Shown here: positions 37,997 to 50,539 of the stretch, piece by piece | Position numbering within the stretch: position 1 is the stretch's first letter | Layout: the number at the start of each line of letters is the position of its first letter | Source: Ginglymostoma cirratum | Taxonomy: Eukaryota | DNA: 64,000 nucleotides | Assembly: GCA_024137785.1 (NCBI GenBank) | Contig: JAHRHZ010000016.1 | Coordinates: 41,559,305-41,623,304 of the forward strand | Reading direction: 5' to 3' | Notes under the pieces: model-generated | What the model was told of the DNA's origin: nothing | Seen by the model: the letters and a program-made list of their open reading frames with translations, nothing else | Databases searched by the model: none | Position numbers and translations under genes: made by a program

Positions 37997-39519
37997 GTGG
38001 ATGTGAAGCTGGAAAAGCACAGCAGGTCAGACAGAATCTGAGGAGCAGGTAAGTCAACATTACAGGCCAAAACCCTTCATCAGGACTGGGGAGGAGGAGG
38101 GAGCCCAGAAATCAACAGAGGGAGAGAGGTGGAGCTAGGGGAAAGGGTAGGAGGGATGGTAATAGGTGGATGCAGGTAGAAGGTTATTGTGGTTGGTCCG
38201 TTGGAGGGGTGGATCGGATAAGTGAGTGGGAAGATGGACAGGTTAGATCAGGTCAGCAGTGGGAGGGCTGGTCATGGGATAAGACTCGGGGTGGAGGGAT
38301 ATTGAAGCTGGTAAATTCAATGTTAAAGCCATTAGGATGTAAGCTTCCAAGGTGAAATATCAGGTGTTGTTCCTCCAGTTTACGTTTGGCCTTACAAGGA
38401 GGCCAAGGGTGGATATGTCATCAGAGGAGTGGGAGGGGAAATTAAAATGGATGGCAACTGGAAGGTTGGGTTGGTTGTTGAGTGCAGAGCGCAGACGCTC
38501 CGTGAACCGGTCCCTGAGCCTGCGTTTGGTCTCCCTGATATAAAGGAGACCACGTCAGAAGCAACTGGTGTAATAAATAAAGTTGGATGAAGTGCAGGTG
38601 AATCTCTGCCGGATCTGGAAGGATTATTTGGGGCCTTGGATGGAGGTGAGGGGGGAAGGCGTAGGGGCAGGTGTTGCATCTCTTGCAGTTGCAGGGGAAG
38701 GTACTGGCTGTGGAGGAAGAATTGGTGGGGAGTACTGAGCTGATGAGGGAGTCACGGAATGAATGATCCCTGTGGAAATTGAACAGGGGTGGGGAGGGGA
38801 ATACCTTTTTGGTGGTGAGGTCTGATTGTAGGCGGTGGAAATGTCGGAGGATGGTGCATTGGATCCAGAGGTTGGAGGGGTGGTATGTGAAGACTAAGGG
38901 GACTGTATCCTTATTGTTGTTGGGGAGAGCAGGTTTGAGGGCAGAAGTGCAGGAAGTGGAGGAGATGCGGTTGAGGGTATTCTTAATTACAGACAAGGGG
39001 AAATTACGGTCCCTAAGGTAGGAGGATATCTGGAATGTCCTGGAGTAAAACGCCTCATTGTGGGAGCAGATGCAGCAGAGATGGAGGAATTGGGAATATG
39101 AAAAAGCATTTTAGCAAGAGAGTGGGTGAGAGGAGGTGTAGTCAAGGCAGTTGTTGGAGTCAGTGGGTTTGAAATTGATATCGATAGTGAGTCAGTTTCC
39201 GGAGATGGAGACGAAGAGGTCCAAGAAGGGGAGGGAGATGTCAGAAATAGTCCAACTGAATTTGAGGGCGCGGTGGAAGATGTTAGTGAAGTTGATGAAC
39301 AGCCTCGTGCTCCCGTGAGGAGCTCGAGCAGTACTGATGCAGTCATCTGAAAGCAGGATGATACCCGTGCAGTTGCAGAAGAAGGACTGTGCCACAAATC
39401 CTACAAAGAGGCTGGCACAGTTCTGGCCCTTGCGGGTGCCCATGGCTACCCCTTTGGTTTGTAGGAAATGGGAGGAATCAAAGAAGCTGTTGAGAGTGAG
39501 GACCAGTTCAGCCAAGTGA
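37997..39519 (-). mobile_element. Penelope-like retroelement: RT C-terminal part, GIY-YIG and 3' end (frameshifted)
   Basis: HFLQTKGVAMGT..G..ASLFVG, LKFSWTISD.SLPFLDL, VPLVFTYHP, FPCNCKRCNTCP, LYxGETKRRL-like GIY-YIG region; hammerhead-like motif at 38052-38087. Confidence 0.9.
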
Positions 39520-41026
39520 ATGGTGGGATACTCCTGCTTCCATTGCTATATTTTCATAATCTAATTCTGTGGCAAGAGAAAGTACCTACAAATCCAACAG
39601 CCCAGTGAGTTGTGAAGGAATTAGGTAAAATGATAAGAAAAAGGGAAGCAGCAGGTACAAGGACAAAGGAAGAAAACTGAATAGTCAGAAGAAGAAATAC
39701 ATTGACATTATATGGGCATCCTCTTTGGTCCATATCTCAGATATGGTCTGACAATGTTAAACAAATGCATAGTTTTATCACAGGCACACAGCTAATAACA
39801 CTTAGAATTGATCTAATAATTGAAAATTTTGGATACAATTAGCCTCAATTCCCTTGACTAGAGGAGGGAACAACTACTACTCAATCACCCCAACTGGATA
39901 ATGTGGGTGTGAACATGACTGGGCTTCATTATAATGCCTTGTATAGCTAAGAAGCTTTGTAACACTCACCATCTAAGCTTATGCACAATGTTGTGGTGGA
40001 CTGAATATGCTCATGATAAAATATTATGGTATACCATTGTCATTAGGTCTGGAGAAGACGAAATGCAAACAAAGAAAATTACAATACAATGCAAACTTTA
40101 CATTAGATCTGATTTTATGCATTGATTATGCAAATAAATTAGTTGTAAATTCTGATTAATTGAAAGCATTGGAATGTTCAAAGCTGGAAAAGATTGTTGT
40201 AGTCCCACAGCTATGTGAACATTTGAAAAATGAGGTGCACCGCAATATCTGTCATACTGTTCAATCCTTTATTGCTCAGTCTCTTACTCTGCCAAATTTC
40301 TCTCAAGTTCCTTCTTAACTTTGCCAACATTCTTCACATCCAATGCCTCTTGAGAGACACAAGCTGTTCCATGTATTCACCAACCTCTGACTGTAACAAT
40401 GAATTTTAAGCATTGTTCACTTCCCCTTTTCTGAACCTGAATTCAAACTTCCTATCAGGCTTCTGAGTACTGATCGCATAGCTTTCAAGCTACCAATAAC
40501 CCTCTACAATTTTGAATATACTGATAAAGATCACTTTAACATGTTTCTCTCTAGATTAGTATTTTTTCATTTCTGTACGCTCTTTTCAAGACTAATTCAA
40601 AATATCAATGCAAATATGTCTCAGTGTATTCTCCCCAGTTATCACATCATTTCAAAAGAATATAGTGATCAGCATAAGTAACCTTAGTCTAGTATTTGAT
40701 GAGACATCTTTTGTTTGAAACATTAATTTTAAATCTCATCTACGCGTGCTGACAAATAAAATTTTATGGCAACATTTCCTACTGAACACCCTGCCCTTAA
40801 CCAAGACCATCAAAACTAACTAACTGCTATTTGTAGTTTCTTGTGTGTTCATTGGCTGCTCTATTTACCTACAAATGAAAGCAGTTACATTTCTGAATAT
40901 AATCTGTTTGCTTTCACGCATGCTGTTGTCCTCAGAAACTGAAAGGTACTATATAAATGCACATCTTTATTTGTTTGCAATCTTCATTACTTCTACACCC
41001 AGCATAACATTTTCAGTGAGCTATTA

Positions 41027-41385
41027 GGGGAGGCAAAGGCGTAGTGGAATTATCACTAGGCTATTTATCCAGAGATGCAGGTAATGACCTGGGCACTTGG
41101 GTTTGAGTCCTGCCATGGCAGATGGTGGAATTTGAATTCAACAAAAACAACTGGAATTAAGAGTCTAATGATGACCATGAAACTGTTATTGATGGTCAAG
41201 AAAAACCCATCTGCTTCACTTAATGTCCTGTAGGGAAGGAAATTTGCTAAGCTTACCTGGCCGACATGTGATTCCAAACCCACAGCAATGTGGTTGACTC
41301 TCAGTTGCTCTCTGGGCAATTAGGGATGGGCAATAAGTATTGACCTGGCCAGTGACATCCAGGTCCCACCAATGAATAAAAAAAG
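41027..41385 (+). mobile_element. tRNA-headed SINE with a LINE-derived tail, full length
   Basis: ggggaggcaaaggcgtagtgg head; same core; gggcaattagggatgggcaataag...aatgaataaaaaaa. Confidence 0.88.
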
Positions 41386-42868
41386 CCCTATAGATCAGAT
41401 CCTACTTTCAGTCCATACTCTCATTCTTTCACCTCTATCCGCATTAAATAAAACTTTCCATTTGTCAATGAAAGCTCTTAATCTGTCGCTATGAAAAATG
41501 ATGTCACAAGGACTGATCCCTCTTTTTCTTACAAAACAGTTTTCTCTAATGCAGCCACTTCAGAAGTTTCCCCATTGGGTCAACAACATTCATTAAAATT
41601 TATAACGTACTGCATTCCCATTCCTATATACCTCACAAGATTTTGCAGACCTGAATCCATCTCAACTGATTGCTGCTCCGCTCCCTGCACAACAAGACAT
41701 ACTGGCCTCTTATTATTCCATATTCCTGTAGGTAATTCATTATTCCCCCAACCAGGACTCCTTATGCTACATGTATCAGCTTCAACTCACTATATTCCCC
41801 AGGGCAGTCTTTATGGATCATTCAACTTTTGCAATGTTTCCACACCATTCTCCTTTCAAATCATTCCCTAACAATACCCCACCATCCTGCAACTGATTTA
41901 ATTAGCAACTACACTACATTAATTATCCTATTGCAATCCATGCAGGATTGGTGCTTTCTCTTTTAATGGTTTCAGCAATCCCATCATACCTAGATAATAA
42001 TTCCTAGCATTTTTAACATTTTCTAATTTTTTTTTTCTTTCTGACATTGTCACATGTTTAACTACAATTTATTTAGCATTTCTTCAAGTTTCAAACATGT
42101 AATCTTACACAAATGTTCATTACATCTGAATAGCGCTTCAAATATTTATGGATATTGGGAGATAGTTACAGCAGAAACTTACTACACTTCCAGCCAAAGA
42201 ACAGTATTGATGACATAAGTGTCCATGAGGTGGAATGGCTCAGTCTTCTGACCTACACAGAAAACGATAGAAATTATTTCTAAACATGATTAATATGTAC
42301 CTTGATATTTGTTCTTAAACCACTGTCATTATTTTCTACCTCTTCTGTGACAGCTTGTATCTGAGTAATTGATACATCTGAGCTGGTTCCCAGGTCCCAC
42401 TGTCTGAATGCTGCAGAGACAAGCTGTCTGCTTCCTGCTTTTCAAGAGGAAGCGACGGGAGAGTTTTGTAGTCCCATTTACAAACATCCTCCATAAATCC
42501 TTAAAGTTTTACGAACTTCTATTCCAGGAAAGCAGGAAAACGTGTTTACATTCTGCTGACCTTTTCCTTTTATGAATATTTCCCAAAATATTCACAAGTA
42601 ATGCCAATAGTGTTTGCCTGGTTCCTATTCAGCATTGTAAATCACACCAATAAGCAGTGTCAGATATAATTGTCCATCTTTGTAGGTTAGCTGATGCCAG
42701 CTTGCATAAGAATTAGCCCCACCAGAACCAGGCAAGATGCATTTTTGTCATCCACTGTTGACCACTACAAAGTGATTTCTGCTGTAAATTACTTCAATGG
42801 GTACAATGGATGAGGATATGATGATACTATAATGCAGTGTCAGTGCCCTGCACCACAACACACACACA

Positions 42869-43113
42869 CCTGGAATTAAGAATCTAATGATGACCATAAA
42901 TCCATCGTTGATTATTGTAAAAACCTATCTGGTTTACTAATATCCTTTAGGGAAGGAAACTACCATCGTTGTTTGGTCTGGCGTCCATGTGACTCCAGAC
43001 CCACAGCAATGTGGTTGACTCTCAACTGCGCTCTGGGAAATTTGGGCAATTAGCGGTAGAGAATTAATGCTGGCCTACCTGGGCACCGCACATCTCATGA
43101 ATGAATATAAAAA
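42869..43113 (+). mobile_element. 5'-truncated copy of the same SINE, set in a CA-rich tract
   Basis: ctggaattaagaatctaatgatgacc...gactccagacccacagcaatgtggttgactc...atgaatgaatataaaa; acacacac on both sides. Confidence 0.85.
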
Positions 43114-43546
43114 CACACACATGGACCTAATACTCAACAATTTGATTCACCTATGAAGAGCCATGATTTGATTGAGGTGCAGAGGTCTGTTTCTGCTCAT
43201 GAGCCCCAAGCCTGGAATGACCTGAGGAAAAAATAAAGGAAAATGCCCAATCCTGCAATCCAAATCTAAATCTACCTCAGAATTCCTATATCTAATTGGA
43301 ATCCAATTCTAAACTCTGTGAATTGAAATGGCATCCATTTTGTTGAAAGTTGGTGATGAGATAATCTTAATAAATTTGGCAGACGATGGCTCAGCTTCTA
43401 GAAAAGCTGTCATATGAAAACTATGTGGCTTCAGCTCTTCAAAAATGGTTTTATTCAAAGGTGTGACTGATTTTTAATAAACTTATGTGTTGTTTGCGCC
43501 AGAAGCAAGTTAAACCTGTTCCCACAACACTTTTACAAATGAAAAC

Positions 43547-43762
43547 TGAAATAATTCCACAAAGTCACCCTTTATTTGCACGTTGAGAGTCCTTGACACT
43601 GACCCAGCTCCTTCAGAGGCACCTCTCAGAGTGAACAGGATGTCTGACAGTCCTGTTCTTATCTGTCAGCCAGGGCTCCCTGATTGGACCGGATTGGCAG
43701 CCCCAATCAGGGAACTCATATTCTGTGAGGTCCACCTGGCTGACCTTGTTACAATCACTACA
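43547..43762 (-). mobile_element. Solo LTR (216 bp)
   Basis: Minus strand TGTAGTGATTG...AATAAAGGGTGAC...TTATTTCA; flanks aaaac/acaac (4 of 5 match, TSD-like); internal ccctgattgg/ccaatcaggg inverted repeat. Confidence 0.7.
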
Positions 43763-44949
43763 ACAACTTTTTAAAAGCTCAGTGAATGGACTTATTTTGG
43801 TGGATGGGTTGACGTGAATCGCGTGTGGATAGAAGACAAGACTGTTTAAGATTACATGTCAGCTAATCGCCAGTTATTACCCAAGAGATATGAGGGTCAA
43901 TCTTAACACAGAACACCTAGCAGTAATTGCCTGTGGCAGGGTTCAAATTGTTGCACACCACTCACTGCTACCATATTTGGCAGAGCCTGTACCTTGCAAC
44001 AGAAGCTTCATTGTGCATGCAAATTGATGTCCTCTGACATGCATAAGCATTAATTGCACTTCAGAGGGATGACTGGGTGATGAAGTGGAAGATGATCAGA
44101 AACTGTAAGTAAAGAATTATTTTCCTGGGGCCAGTAAAAGCATATTAAATCTCCCCTTTGATTCTAATTTCCTGTTGGCTGAGTCAGCTCGTGAGCCAGA
44201 CAAATGTACTGGCCTGAAGCCAATGAACTGTAAAGTGTTATCCTTGTGGAGCATGCAGTCACCAGTGGCGGAATAGTGAGTTACATTTTGTCAGACTCAT
44301 TGAAATAAATGACTATGCAGTTGATGCAATTTTCTTACATCTTATTTCATTTAAATCCATCCCTCATCGCATGACAAGCTATCACAAAATGGCCAAGGTT
44401 TCCCATTTACATTTTGTGAAGGGAATCTTATAAAATGCCTTTTTTAATTATTTGTGATGGAGTAAATCCTCTGAGCCTGGAAAAATTCAATCTGTTGTCA
44501 TACTATTAAATGCTTATCCACAGGACAGGTGCTTTACAGTCTGACACAGACTGCCCCCTATTGACAAATAGTACCTATTCTGGCAGAATGTTGGTGGGAC
44601 CTGGGAGATGGAGGGTGATGGACCAAACTGGTGGATTTGAACCCAACTTGCCTGGCTGTAACCAATTGAATTACCTGTTGAAAACTGTACACTTGCCACT
44701 GTAAACATCATAACTCTGCAGCCAAATGAGGTATCCTCCTAAAGTAAGTGGAGTTTGTCAAATTTATACATGGCAGGGTTATTTCATGTCCAAGGCCTCA
44801 CACTGTCATTTTAACTGGTCCCTAAACAGTGTTGACACCACAGCTTTCCTGCCATGCAGATTAGCAGCTGGTGGGAAAACTGGAGAGGCCATTCCAGGAA
44901 TCAAAAAGAAGAATATCTTTTTGACAACTTACCTGACCTTTGATGGTGC

Positions 44950-45320
44950 ACAGTGCTTTACAGGCAGTATAATGTTTTTGATAGTGTAGAAAAGTAAATA
45001 TATCAGGCAATTTGTCGACAGCAAATTTCTAAAAACAATGAATTGGCACATGACCAAATAATTTGTCTCAAGTTTCAGTAACATTAGTTGAGGGATAAAT
45101 AATGTCTAGAAAATTGGGAGATGTCTCTTGCTTTTCTTGAAAACAAGACCTTCTACATCCACTTAAGAGGACTTCAAATAGTATCTCATCTGAAAGATGT
45201 TCTACAGTGCAGCACTCCTTGCACGCTGCACCAGATTAAGTGCACAAGTCTTGGGAAGAAATTCCATTGTATGATCTGGAGTGTTTCAGGAATTATTTTG
45301 CCCTGAGCTCTCACTCTTGC
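44950..45320 (-). mobile_element. Degenerate Deu-domain SINE
   Basis: atgaccaaataat...gttgagggataaat...ctcatctgaaaga...cagtgcagcactcct. Confidence 0.65.
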
Positions 45321-46699
45321 CTCTCACAGGTCATTCCTAAACCCTTATCCCTACTTTTTAATCTTGAAACCCAGGGGTTCAGAATGGACAAAAGGCCATC
45401 TGGTATACACCACAGGCAATTATTCTGTGCCCTCTTATTGCATGATTTGGATGGCACGTTTTAAACAAGGACCAGGAGTAAAGCTTTCCAGGATGTTCTA
45501 CTACCTTTTTAGATGGGCAAATGTCTCCACCACAAAGTTTTCCAACTTAATTTGTAAAGATGTGTAATTATCTTATCGGAAATGAAAATTGCTTTCACAT
45601 TATCTTCAGAGCTAACATAAATTCTGTTTCAAAGTGACTTGCAGTGTTACAGGCTTCTTTGATTTAAGCAGGCATTCTAATTGGTGAGCATCCGGATTGT
45701 TATCTTATTGTTCCCCATGGCTTACCACACACAGATGTTGAAAGAATAATGAAAACCCATCAAAAAAGGACCAATGTCAAGTGGTGCCATTATTCTGTCA
45801 ACTATCTTTTCAGCAATGATGTATCTTTTACAAAAATTGGTTATTTTGTTGTAAAATATATTTTTGAATTAGAATAGGGCACAAACTCTACCTCTCTTGG
45901 CGAAACTAAATCACAAAAACATCAGTATTTTTTAATGTGACATGAAATTAACTTTATGATAAAAGGGAAACCCACTAATAACGCACCATTCATTACATAT
46001 TGATATTCAAATACATATGGCCTCTAATCTATCAGTTTGACATGTGATGACTGCCAAATCTAAGCAGGCAAACTAAATGTTTTCATTTGTGTACCTTTGT
46101 ACTTGATGATAAACTCTGATTGATAAAGAATGATTTGATATATTTAGATTTATCTTCTCAGATTTATGAAGTGCTATTTTGTTGTTAACCAATAGCCCAG
46201 CAATTTTTATTTCCTGTAACTGAAATCAGTGGCAGAAACAAAAAGACTATATTATGTTAGTAAGCCATGGGGAATGTGATATAGATTTTTTGAACGATAA
46301 AAGGTGAAGATAGCATTGATGAAAATAGTCTGTACAGTTGGGCTATAAATGTAGCACTTGGGCAGTCATGTAGAAAATTAACAAGCATTAAATGAGGATG
46401 GAGGTGATAACTATTTTCACGATAATAGCAGATGCATATAATAGATTTCCAATTAATATAACTAATTCCTGGCTGAAGGCTTGACTTTATTTGAACAGTA
46501 TAGAATATTTCAGTGATATGATAAATTAGGAGAAAGCTAACAAAAGACAGAGCAATAGGGACTGTGTATTGTAGCAGAAATGTGATTTGAAAAATGCAAA
46601 GCATTAGACTGAATGTTAGAACTTTTGTTAAGAAATCAATCTTCTGCAGTTTTACTTGATTACTGTGGTGATGGATAAAGAGCAATTAAGGACCCACAC

Positions 46700-47030
46700 A
46701 AGAAAAGAAGGAGAGTACACCATTTGGTCCCTTGAGACCTCACTGCCAATTGATAAGATCATGCTGGTTTGATTGTGGCCTTAACTTCATTTTCCTGTCT
46801 GTACCCCATAATCCTTGACTCCACAGTGAACCAAAACTATGTCCAACTCAACCTTGAATATGTTCAATGACTTCACTCTGGCTGTAGACTGTGGAAGAGA
46901 ATTCCTAACACGAGTGACTCCTGAGAAGAAAAAAATTGTTGTCACCCCCATTTTAAATGGGCGACCCTTTAATTATGATCTGTCTTTCCAAGTTCCTCAA
47001 GGAAGGGAAACAGTCTCACTTGTCACGATG
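46700..47030 (-). mobile_element. Old CR1 3' end
   Basis: catttggtcccttgag...gataagatcatg...ggaagagaattcc...ttttaaatgggcgaccc. Confidence 0.7.
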
Positions 47031-47215
47031 CTGTAATGAAACTGAGCATCAAATGAAATTTGGCACTTTTTATATTTCCTCTCTCTTCTTATTTGATTAG
47101 AGTGTTGAAGCATTAAAAGATTACAACTTTATGGTAGATATCCTAACATAACCTTTGAGAGGTAATGCTTATCACATACTTTGATGTAACCAATGATAAT
47201 TTCTGCCTGATACAG

Positions 47216-47372
47216 GACCACACAATCTTTGAAATTGATGGAATAAATAACAAATGGGATCCTAAGCGAGGTTTTATTCTTCGAAACTTGGAACATATTC
47301 CTGGCATGTTGCGATGCAAAGCCACAGTCAATAGACAAACTTTTGAATCTTGTTTTATGATATCCAAGGAAG
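47216..47372 (+). CDS. kdrl: VEGFR exon 5 (Ig2 second half): DHTIFEIDGINNKWDPKRGFILRNLEHIPGMLRCKATVNRQTFESCFMISKE
   Basis: tacag acceptor, ag|gtacgt donor, 157 nt, phase 0 to 1; WDPKRGF and C-x-ATVN motifs. Confidence 0.92.
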
Positions 47373-48295
47373 GTACGTACTTTCTTTCTTTCTTTCTGAA
47401 TTGATTTCACCTCCCTGTAGGAAATCAATATGAATTGCCAGTTATTCCATCAGAGTCATTAGCATGAGCTTGGTTGATTTTAACTGCCATTCTTCATTTA
47501 GGTGTCAGCTCCTGACCTGCTTTGGATAGAAAGTGACAGCTTTCAATCTTCTCAACCTTAGTGCTGTTTGCAAGAGGTATTTCAGCTGATCGGTTAACTT
47601 CTATGAGGTAGCCACACAATAACTGCAACATAATGAGAAAGAAAAAGGCTTGTAGTTCTCCAAAATAATACATTGCCAGAATAAGAGCAATGCTACACTG
47701 ACATTAGGAAATTCTAAGTTTGGATAAAGGCACACTCCTGACGAGTTCGGACGACACCATTTTTAACTCATGAACTTTGCTATAGTATATCCTGAATATG
47801 ACTCATCCTAACATATTTGGAAAACATAGAAAAGTAGTTTATGACTCTTGAAGAACCCCCTTCGCTTTGGTGACTACAAAAGTTCACCAAAATGAATATC
47901 TATTGTTCTACAAGTAGGCAAGAAGCAAATAGGTTAAAGATTGGACTAGAGCCAACGAGTTCACACTTTTATAAGCATTTATTTACAGAAATACACTTTA
48001 TAAACATTTATCTCCCAATGTGTGAAACAGTTTGTCTGTTCCTGTTTATAAGGTACAAGTGAATCTCCAGTTTATATATAATCCATGTCCACCATCTCAT
48101 TTTCAGTTTGCTCAACTAAATTAACTACAGCAGTATAACAAGAACTTGATGTGTCAACCTGTCACTATAGCCAAGGTAGAAAAGGTTGCATTACTACTTT
48201 GGCATTTGTGTTTTGACCTAAGATCAACTCTCTGATTATTGTATTTTATCAGGATTCTGTATTGCAGTAGATTATATTTCACCTTTTATTCTCAG

Positions 48296-48435
48296 TTGAA
48301 GGAGTGAAATCTGTTCACCTTAATACCACTGAAAAAATCAAGGTGTTATCTGGAGAATCACTGTCTATCAAGTGCACAGCAAAAATGCCTTTGAATGCCA
48401 GACCTGCATTTCAGTGGGAGTATCCCGGCCTAGCA
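48296..48435 (+). CDS. kdrl: VEGFR exon 6 (Ig3 first half): (V)EGVKSVHLNTTEKIKVLSGESLSIKCTAKMPLNARPAFQWEYPGLA
   Basis: ttttattctcag acceptor, gca|gtaagt donor, 140 nt; GExLxxxCTA...FxWxYP motif. Confidence 0.93.
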
Positions 48436-49559
48436 GTAAGTTCTGCCTTGATGTACATTAACCAGATTTTCTAAAAGCTTTTATTAATATTTTGACACAA
48501 AAGTTTCAAAATTACTGCCAATGCAATTTATAGATGAATACTTCAACATGCTCATTTGACATTCCTATGTCTGGTAGTTTAGTGAACAGATAATCCATTT
48601 AAAATAAACGTGTTACTACCGGCACCAAAATATCAAAGGAATGCTGTATGAACAGGTTGAACTTTCATTGACTAACAAGGTCAACACTAATTTCGGAGTT
48701 AAAAAGCTTCAGTTCCAAGCAATCTAAAAACTGTATACGTGCCCAAAATTTAATTCAATTTTGTTATCAGTAGTCTTTCTCATGTTACTGAATTTGTGCT
48801 GATAAATTTATCAGACCATAAAGAAGAAATGGCAGATTGTACTCATACTTGTGGTACAAGATGCACCAAATGTCATTTTCCTGAGGGTGTCAATTAGGGA
48901 GCATCCACCAGGTGAACGTAGAGTAGGCAGATCACAATGTCAATCAGTGAATAACACTAAATTGAGGAAAGCACGCAGCCAATTTGGAGCCCAGAATTCT
49001 ATCTGACAATGTTTCTGACACTCACACAGCTGAACATTTATTCAGCAACAGGACGTCTGTCCCAACAATGCTATTAAAACGACCAGAAGCTGCTTTTGGA
49101 TTTCTGGCTGAGGGTCTTCTGTCAGTTCTCACTGCTGTTTTAGTAATATCTAGTAGTTTCTTGAGTTGTTTAAAGCTGCTAGGTCAACAGAAAGATGTGT
49201 GACTTGGTCCTGACTTCAATGGTGCTGCATACGCCATTTGCTCCCTGACATGGATGTACCTGTGTATATTCCCTTTGGACCATAGCGTTGCAGGAAGAAG
49301 GATCAGAAGTGAGACAGTCCAGGGCAAACTGCTAGAAGAGGGAGAATGAGGTGAATATGGTTTCTCTGCAGTAGGTTATATTTGCCCAGGATATTCAACG
49401 ATCAGTTCTCCTGTCCGTACCTCAGTAATAAACGGTGAGGAAGACACTTAGATTTCACTGAGGATCTCCTCATTGAAATCTTCCAACTGATGCTCCACAA
49501 AAAGGCATTCCACTCCCTCGACATCCAGCTGGAATGTAATGATATACAAAGAATCAAGT

Positions 49560-50140
49560 AGGTCATTGCACAGTATCCTGGCAGCACTCATGCACAACTA
49601 TTTCCTGCAAGAAAAGGGAACATGGATCAATTTGGGAGATGTGTCAGTGACTGCGGTAAACTGTTTTTGGCTAATGTTGCTGTTATGTTGAATATCCTAT
49701 AATAGGTGCAAGCTGCAGAATGTGGATTTGAGGCTGGCAGCAATGCTAAGTGTGTGAGTGATAAGTGAAGGTATGAAAATTATGTACAGGTCCTAAGTGA
49801 TAGAGATTTGTTGATAGGTGAGTGAATGCAGATAAAGCATATTGAGCAGAGATGGAGGCTGCTGGTGGCTGTTGTATGATACAGCATTTGAAGATACCTT
49901 CGTGACCTTGACTACTTTTGTGAGGTCATTGATTGTTTTTTGTGGCACTACATCCAGGTCCTCAGGGCTTGACTTCTCATATTGACAATGACCTGGTCAC
50001 ATTGCCTTTGCAAGGTTTGCCTGAATGGCCTGCTGACTGCCGTGCATAGATGACAATGCTCCTCCCTTCCATCTTCTCTACAAAGTCATCTATAGCAGTG
50101 ACGGAGAACTTTGGAGCACACTCACTCCTCTGTTGAACCT
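49560..50140 (-). mobile_element. PIF/Harbinger Myb/SANT-like (MSANTD/NAIF1-type) accessory gene remnant
   Basis: Minus 50140-49900 reads ECAPKFS..AIDDFVEKMEGR..VIY / RQTLQRQCDQV...RTWM*CHKK..NDLTKVVK; a downstream ttttcttgcag acceptor at about 49605-49615. Confidence 0.62.
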
Positions 50141-50539
50141 TAATTTACTCTTCCTCCTGTTCAGTTTTTCTTTCCCAACCATTTTCAGCTCCTGCTCTAG
50201 GCAAAATGCTTCCCCATTTAAGAGTTGCCGCAAATTGGCAAGCAACTTTTAGCTGGCACATTACCTGCACCAAAAGCAATGGACATGAGGTAATCATGTA
50301 CCACAGTACCATGCAATACTCATTTTCAGGGGTTATCAAGTTTAGCTGCTGTAATGTCTAAGTGTTCAAAAGCAAAAACCAAAAATAATTGAATGTCTGT
50401 TGATATTTCGCTGTTTAATAAGTGGCATTGGGAGGAAGCCACTTAAATTAGTGTTTTTAAAGTTGGTATTCTGATGAGGAGTTGTTGTATATTGAGTAGC
50501 AGAATTGCAAAACATAATTCTTTTTTTATTTATTCACAG

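Noticed and set aside
47735-47760. ctgacgagttcggacgacac as another hammerhead
   Set aside because: The GAAA box reads GACA, stem II is only 2 bp, and there is no recognisable Penelope tail.
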